Shown in pieces: positions 58,891-64,000 of a stretch of DNA of 64,000 nt. Position numbers and translations under genes: made by a program. This stretch comes from an uncultured Chloroflexia bacterium. GTDB taxonomy: Bacteria > Chloroflexota > Limnocylindria > Limnocylindrales > CSP1-4. The stretch is from positions 192,001-256,000 of the forward strand of contig CAWHDR010000001.1 of NCBI GenBank assembly GCA_963828165.1. Reading direction: 5' to 3'. Position 1 is the first letter of the stretch. Each line of letters opens with the position of its first letter. The notes under the pieces were generated by a model, which saw only the letters and a list, made by a program, of their open reading frames with translations, ran no database searches and was not told the DNA's origin.

Positions 58891-58918
58891 CTGGTAGCGG
58901 TTCTGCAATCGTTACCGA
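58891..58918. promoter_or_regulatory. Tandem LacI-type operator upstream of RACo
   Basis: CTGGTAGCGGTTCTGCAATCGTTACCGA, CG centres 12 bp apart. Confidence 0.55.
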
Positions 58919-58971
58919 CGGGGTCGGCCCGTCTGGAGCCGGCGCGGGGCTGCGCCAGGGCTCCGCAGCGA

Positions 58972-60015
58972 TCAGCCGGCGTGTGGGACCGGGCCGCAGC
59001 TCGGGCGGGGCGTAAAGGTCGTCGGAAGCAGGACGGTGCGCGGTTCGCCCCCGCCCAGCCGCTCCAGCAGGAGCTCGGCGGCCGTGCGGCCCAGCAGCAG
59101 GGTGTCGCGCGCGACCGACGCGATCGGCGGGTCATGCAGCTCCGACAGGTCGACTTCATCGCAGGTCACCAGCGAGATGTCGGTCGGGATCTTCACGCCG
59201 TGCCGGACCAGCGCACGCACGCAGCCGGCGAGGACCTGGTTGCCGCCCGCGACGATGGCGGTCGGTCGCGGGTCCATCGTCAGCAGCTGCTCGGTCGATG
59301 CCTCGCCGTGCTCCGCGGACAACGATCCAGCCAGGGTGATGGTCTCGTCGCGGATGCCTTTGGCGGCAACGGCATCGGCCATGCCGGCGATCCGTTCGCG
59401 AACGGGCCACAGGTCGAGAGGGCCGGTGATGAGCGCGATCCGGCGGTGTCCGAGATCAAGCAGGTGCTCGACCGCGGCTCGCATCCCCGTCTTGTGATCG
59501 TTGCGCACGATGCTCGCCCGCAGATCGCCGGGGACGTCTCGGTCGATCATGATGATCGGGACGTCGACCTGGGTCAGGACGTCGAGGGTCCCCGAGCGCC
59601 GTTCGCTCGCGAGGGACAGGATCATGCCGTCGACACGCCGCGCCTGGAAGAACCGGATGTGGGCGGCGTCGAGCTCGGGGTCGTTCTCGGAATTCATCAG
59701 GAGCATCGAGTAGCCCGCCGAGCGGAGCGCGGACTCGGCACCCGACGTGATGGTGGCGATCAGCGGGTTCGAGATGTCGCCGACCACGTACCCGACGGAC
59801 AGGGTGGCGCCGCGACGCAGGCTCTGGGCCAGGAAGTCCGGCTCGTACTCCAGCTCCTGTACGGCGGCCAGGACGCGCTCGCGCATCTCGAGGCTGACAT
59901 CCGGATGCTCCGAGAGGACGCGGGAGACCGACGAGATCGCGACGTCGGCCAACTCGGCGACCTCGCGCATGCTGGCCCGCTTACGCCGGAGGTCCATCCG
60001 CCTGCCATCGTTCAT
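58972..60015 (-). CDS. LacI family transcriptional regulator
   Basis: SMREVAELADVAISSVSRV HTH, YEPDFLAQSL. Paralogous to the 16526 regulator. Confidence 0.93.
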   Translation of the reverse strand: MNDGRRMDLRRKRASMREVAELADVAISSVSRVLSEHPDVSLEMRERVLAAVQELEYEPDFLAQSLRRGATLSVGYVVGDISNPLIATITSGAESALRSAGYSMLLMNSENDPELDAAHIRFFQARRVDGMILSLASERRSGTLDVLTQVDVPIIMIDRDVPGDLRASIVRNDHKTGMRAAVEHLLDLGHRRIALITGPLDLWPVRERIAGMADAVAAKGIRDETITLAGSLSAEHGEASTEQLLTMDPRPTAIVAGGNQVLAGCVRALVRHGVKIPTDISLVTCDEVDLSELHDPPIASVARDTLLLGRTAAELLLERLGGGEPRTVLLPTTFTPRPSCGPVPHAG

Positions 60016-60072
60016 CCACGATCCCTCCCGTCGCGTCGTTGACCCGTCGCCGAGCGCGGTCGGGCGGCGGAT

Positions 60073-60214
60073 TCGTCGTTCCAGTAACGGTTTCAGCGAC
60101 GGTAGCATAGCCAGCGTTGCCGTGCTGTTCCGTTCCCGCCCCAGGGATCGCCCGTGATTGACGATTCCGCGGCCCGGATGCCACGATGTGTAAACGAAAC
60201 TGGAAACGGTACCG
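60073..60214. promoter_or_regulatory. Divergent promoter region with two operator clusters
   Basis: TCGTCGTTCCAGTAACGGTTTCAG (60073), TTGACG(60158)-N18-CACGAT(60182), and GTAAACGAAACTGGAAACGGTACCG (60190-60214). Confidence 0.6.
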
Positions 60215-60277
60215 CCCGGTCACCCCCCTTCCTCGCCCGGCCCGGCGGCCTTCTGAACCCTGGAGGCGCACACCACG

Positions 60278-61243
60278 ATGACCGCCACTTCCACCCCAGA
60301 TCGGCTCGACTGGTACCGGACGATGCTCCGGATCCGGCTCTTCGAGGAGAAGGTCCAGGAGCTGTTCATGACCGGGCAGATCCAGGGAACCACCCACCTC
60401 TGCCAGGGTCAGGAAGCCGTCTCCGTCGGCGCGATCGCGGCGATGCAGCCCGGCGACGTGCAGACCAACACGTACCGCGGCCACGGCGAGGCGCTGGCTC
60501 TTGGCATGGACCCGGAAGTGGCTTTTGCCGAACTCATGGGGCGGCGGACCGGCGGCTCCGGCGGCGTCGGCGGGTCGATGCACCTGATCGACTTCAGCAA
60601 GGGCAACATCGGCGCGAACGCCATCGTCGGGGCCGGGCTGCCGATCGCGGTCGGCGCAGCGGTCGCCTTCCAGATGCAGAAGAAGCCCAACGTCGCGCTC
60701 TCGTTCTTCGGGGACGGCGCGACGAACATCGGGACGTTTCACGAGGCCCTGAACATGGCCGCGGTCTGGACGGCCCCGGTCGTGTTCATCATCACCAACA
60801 ACCTGTACGGCGAGTACAGCCCGCTGCGGGCGACGACTCCCCTGGACGACCTGGCCCGGCGCGCCGATCCGTTCGGCATGCCCGGGATCATCGTCGACGG
60901 CCAGGACATCGACGCGGTGCACAGCGCGACGGTCGAGGCCGTCGAGCGGGCGCGCGGCGGTGAGGGGCCCAGCCTCCTCGAGATGAAGACGTATCGCTAC
61001 CGCGGCCACAGCCGGTCCGACCCCGCGAAGTACCGACCGGAGGGCGAGCTCGATCGCTGGAAGGCACGCGACCCGATCGAGCTTCTGGGCGCGCTGCTGG
61101 TGGCGGAGTCGATCATCGGACCGAACGACGCCGGCGAGATCCGGACCGAGACCCAGGCCGAGATCGATGCCGCCGCCGAGCGAGCGGCGAGTGCCCCCTT
61201 CCCCACCCTGGAGGAGACGCGACCCTATGTCTACGCTGAGTGA
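60278..61243 (+). CDS. TPP-dependent 2-oxoacid/acetoin dehydrogenase E1 alpha subunit
   Basis: GTTHL..GQEA, TYRGHG, GGSMH, FGDGA...NN TPP motif, TYRYRGHS. Confidence 0.92.
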   Translation: MTATSTPDRLDWYRTMLRIRLFEEKVQELFMTGQIQGTTHLCQGQEAVSVGAIAAMQPGDVQTNTYRGHGEALALGMDPEVAFAELMGRRTGGSGGVGGSMHLIDFSKGNIGANAIVGAGLPIAVGAAVAFQMQKKPNVALSFFGDGATNIGTFHEALNMAAVWTAPVVFIITNNLYGEYSPLRATTPLDDLARRADPFGMPGIIVDGQDIDAVHSATVEAVERARGGEGPSLLEMKTYRYRGHSRSDPAKYRPEGELDRWKARDPIELLGALLVAESIIGPNDAGEIRTETQAEIDAAAERAASAPFPTLEETRPYVYAE

Positions 61244-62243
61244 GGCGGCGCCGGCGGAGACCGGGAGCACGACCGAGCTGACCTACCGCGAGGCGATCAA
61301 CGCCGCGCTCGACGATGCGATGGCGGCGGATGACGCGGTCCTGCTCATGGGCGAGGACGTGTCCGCCGATGGCGGCGTCTTCAAGACCAACATCGGGCTG
61401 TCCGAGAAGTACGGGCTCGAGCGTGTCCGGAACACGCCGATCTGCGAGAACGGGTTCCTCGGCGTTGCCCTTGGCATGAGCCTCGTCGGGATGCGACCCG
61501 TCGTGGAGATCATGTTCGCCGACTTCCTGCCGACGGCCGGGGACGCCATCGTCAACCAGCTCCCGAAGTACCGGTACATGTCCGGTGGCCAGACATCGGT
61601 GCCGGTGACGGTCCGATCCGTCAGCGGCGCAACCGGGCGCTTCGGCACCCAGCATTCGGCGACCGGCGAGAGCTGGTTCATGCACCTGCCAGGCCTCCGG
61701 GTCGTGACCGCCTCGTCGCCCGGGTCGGCCTACAGCCTGCTCCGGGCCGCCATCGACGATCCGAACCCGACGCTGTTCTACGAGCACAAGGGCCTGTACG
61801 CGCGCAAGGGGCCGGTGGTCCGCGGCGAGATCGCGGAGATCGGGAAGGCGCAGGTCGTCCGCCCGGGCAGCGACGTCACGATCGTGACGACGCTCCTGAT
61901 GGTCGAGCGCAGCCTGGCGGCGGCCGAGCAGCTGGCGGAGGATGGCATCGACGCCGAGGTCATCGACCTGCGCTGGCTCCGTCCGCTCGATCTCCCGGCG
62001 GTCCGAGCCTCGGTCGAGAAGACCGGTCGGATCGTCGTCGCCGAAGAGCAGGTCCATGCCGCCGGCTGGGGCGCGACGATCGTGAGCGAGCTGACCATCG
62101 GCGGGGTCGAATGGGCCAGCGCGCCTCGCCGCGTGAGCTTGCCCGACGACCTGCCGATCCCATACACCCCGCCACTCGAGGACGAGGTCCTGCCGTCGAC
62201 CGAATCGATCGCCGCGGCGGCCCGGGCCAGCGTCGGGCGTTGA
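61227..62243 (+). CDS. TPP-dependent 2-oxoacid/acetoin dehydrogenase E1 beta subunit
   Basis: MGEDV, NTPICE, PVVEIMFADF, QHS, EHK, IDLR.L.PLD. Confidence 0.92.
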   Translation: MSTLSEAAPAETGSTTELTYREAINAALDDAMAADDAVLLMGEDVSADGGVFKTNIGLSEKYGLERVRNTPICENGFLGVALGMSLVGMRPVVEIMFADFLPTAGDAIVNQLPKYRYMSGGQTSVPVTVRSVSGATGRFGTQHSATGESWFMHLPGLRVVTASSPGSAYSLLRAAIDDPNPTLFYEHKGLYARKGPVVRGEIAEIGKAQVVRPGSDVTIVTTLLMVERSLAAAEQLAEDGIDAEVIDLRWLRPLDLPAVRASVEKTGRIVVAEEQVHAAGWGATIVSELTIGGVEWASAPRRVSLPDDLPIPYTPPLEDEVLPSTESIAAAARASVGR

Positions 62244-63428
62244 GCGAAGCCCCGAGCGCATCGGTCGCGCCGCGGACGCTCGACCGGAACGCGCTCATCG
62301 TCGACCGGATCGAGACCGTCGCACTTCGTGCGCCGCTCGGTCGACGGTTCTCGGGCAGCGCCTACAGCATGGACAACCGGTGCACGATCGTGACTCGGCT
62401 GCACACCCACGACGGCCTGGTGTCGGAGGTGTACACCGGCGATACCGACGTCGAGCAATCCATCATCGTCGCGATCATCCATGACGAGCTGGCGCCCCGC
62501 TTGCTGGGACGAACGGCGACCGATCCCGAGGGCGCGTGGCGAGCCATGGAACCCGCCACCAACGACATCCTGCGCGATCGGGGCCTGGCGTTGCAGGCGA
62601 TCTCGTGTGTCGATGAAGCCATCTGGGACGTCTTCGGACGGGCCATCGGCCTGCCACTGCACCGCATCTGGGGGAGCACCGGCGACACCGTCCCGATCAG
62701 CATCATCGGCGGCTATTACCACCTGTCGATCGACGAGATGGCCGAGGTCATCCAGGGCTATGTCGAGGCCGGGTTCGCGGGCATGAAATTCAAGGTGGGT
62801 GGTCGCACTCCGGCGGAGGATGCCGCCCGCGTGCGTGCGGCTCGGGGGGCGGCGGGCCCGGACTTCGCGCTGATGGTCGACGCCAACCAGGGCTACGACC
62901 GTGCGCAGGCGGTGAAGTTCGCCCAGCTCGTGTGGGACCTCGACATCCGCTGGTTCGAGGAGCCATGCCGCTGGACGAACGACGCCCGCTGGATGCGCGA
63001 TGTCCGGTACCAGACGGCCATCCCGGTGTGCGCCGGACAGAGCGAGACGACCCTCGTCGGCATCCGCGACCTCATCGTCGGCGGCGCCATCGACGTCTCC
63101 AACTTCGATGCCTCCTGGGCAGGCGGCCCCACGATCTGGCGCAAGGCAGCCGGCCTCGCTGCCGCGTTCGGGGTCGAGCTCGGACACCACGAGGAACCGC
63201 AGATCGCGTCGCACCTGCTGGCCAGCGTGCCCGAACCACACGTTCGTCGAGTGCTTCGACGAGGAGCGCGACCCGTTCTTCTGGCGCCTCACGGACATGT
63301 CGACGCGGATCCGGGACGGGGGCTACACGCTGCCGGACCGCCCCGGGTTCGGCATCGAGCTCGATATGGATTACGTACGACGCCACACCGTCGCGACGCG
63401 GTCGACCGACCGCCACAGCCTCACGTAG
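62240..63428 (+). CDS. Mandelate racemase / muconate lactonising family enzyme (frameshift near 63231)
   Basis: KFKVG, MVDANQG, WFEEP, AGQSE, GHHEE. The C-terminus PNHTFVECF...PDRPGFG is in the 63000..63428 frame. TTG start overlaps the E1-beta stop. Confidence 0.85.
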
Positions 63429-63439
63429 GAGGGACGCCG

Positions 63440-63895
63440 ATGGCGGCCGTCACCGGGTTCTTCCACGGCGGGATCACCGTCAGCGACATGGAGCGCGCCC
63501 TGGTCTTCTACCGCGATGGATTGGGCCTGGAACAGGAATTCGACCGGATCCTCGACGCGCCGTACCTGCCCGCGGTGCTGGGTCTCGAGTTCGACCACAT
63601 CCGGGCCGTCTACCTCCGGATCCCCGGCGGCGGCTTCGTGGAGCTGCTCGAGTACGTCGGCATCGAACGGATGTCCGCTGCGTCGCGACCATGCGATTAC
63701 GGGGCGGGCCACCTGTGTCTCTACGTGGACGACGTCGAGGCGATGCACGCGCGGCTGGTGAAGCTTGGGTTCGCGGCCCGCTCGGAACACGTCGTCGATA
63801 TCACGGCGGGTCCCAACCAGGGTGCGCGCAGCTGCTACATGGCCGATGCCGACGGGTATGCCGTCGAGCTGTTCCAGAAGCGCCCCGGAGGCTGA
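63440..63895 (+). CDS. VOC (glyoxalase-like) family protein
   Basis: Own RBS AGGAGG. HGGITVSD, VELLEY, GHLCL, D.DG..VELFQ. Paralogue of 28850. Confidence 0.87.
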   Translation: MAAVTGFFHGGITVSDMERALVFYRDGLGLEQEFDRILDAPYLPAVLGLEFDHIRAVYLRIPGGGFVELLEYVGIERMSAASRPCDYGAGHLCLYVDDVEAMHARLVKLGFAARSEHVVDITAGPNQGARSCYMADADGYAVELFQKRPGG

Positions 63896-63905
63896 GGAGG
63901 ACACC

Positions 63906-64000
63906 ATGCGGCGACCGATCGATACGCTCGCGAGCGGCCTCGGCCACCCGGAAGGCCCGGACATCCTGCCCGACGGACGGATCGTCATGGTCGAGACCTA
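63906..64000 (+). CDS. SMP-30/gluconolactonase family protein, N-terminus (truncated by the edge)
   Basis: RBS GAGGAGG. MRRPIDTLASGLGHPEGP..LPDG.IV.VE resembles the family's GL..PEGP start. Confidence 0.65.
   Translation, partial: MRRPIDTLASGLGHPEGPDILPDGRIVMVET

Noticed and set aside
62111-63895. Apparent 594-aa enolase-VOC fusion
   Set aside because: It results from an extra C at ~63231. The enolase C-terminus is in another frame ending at 63428, and the VOC gene has its own RBS and ATG at 63440.

Overview
High-GC bacterial DNA. The Pro/Ala/Ser-rich lipoprotein linkers and gene repertoire suggest a Chloroflexota- or Actinomycetota-like soil or sediment organism (inference only). The whole window is one LacI-controlled catabolic island of about 57 genes, with no rRNA, tRNA, CRISPR array or mobile element. 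Transport: 5 sugar-type ABC importers with 6 binding proteins. Redox enzymes: 7 SDRs, 3 Gfo/Idh/MocA dehydrogenases, a Zn-ADH, an AKR, an LLM oxidoreductase, 2 cytochrome P450s (one cut by the left edge and missed by the ORF track) and a TPP-dependent E1 alpha/beta pair. Other enzymes: 3 enolase-superfamily dehydratases, 5 amidohydrolase/lactonase-type enzymes, 2 rhamnose-mutarotase-like genes (one with two domains), a fucose/arabinose-isomerase-like protein, 2 VOC proteins and a MetE-like Zn protein. It also has a complete four-component corrinoid methyltransferase module. Three things stand out. (1) Three paralogues of an unassigned ~375-aa protein with an invariant His/Cys signature (EAMRGHLVGP...RFDPCxSGGR...GVCxYCxxC...KCxW), each in a regulated catabolic unit. 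(2) P450 and B12-dependent demethylation-type machinery inside a sugar/cyclitol oxidation island that has no kinase, aldolase or glycosidase. (3) A LacI-type operator at about 14 sites, often as 12-bp-period tandems. Eight single-base frameshifts in 7 genes, probably assembly errors, distort several computed ORFs.
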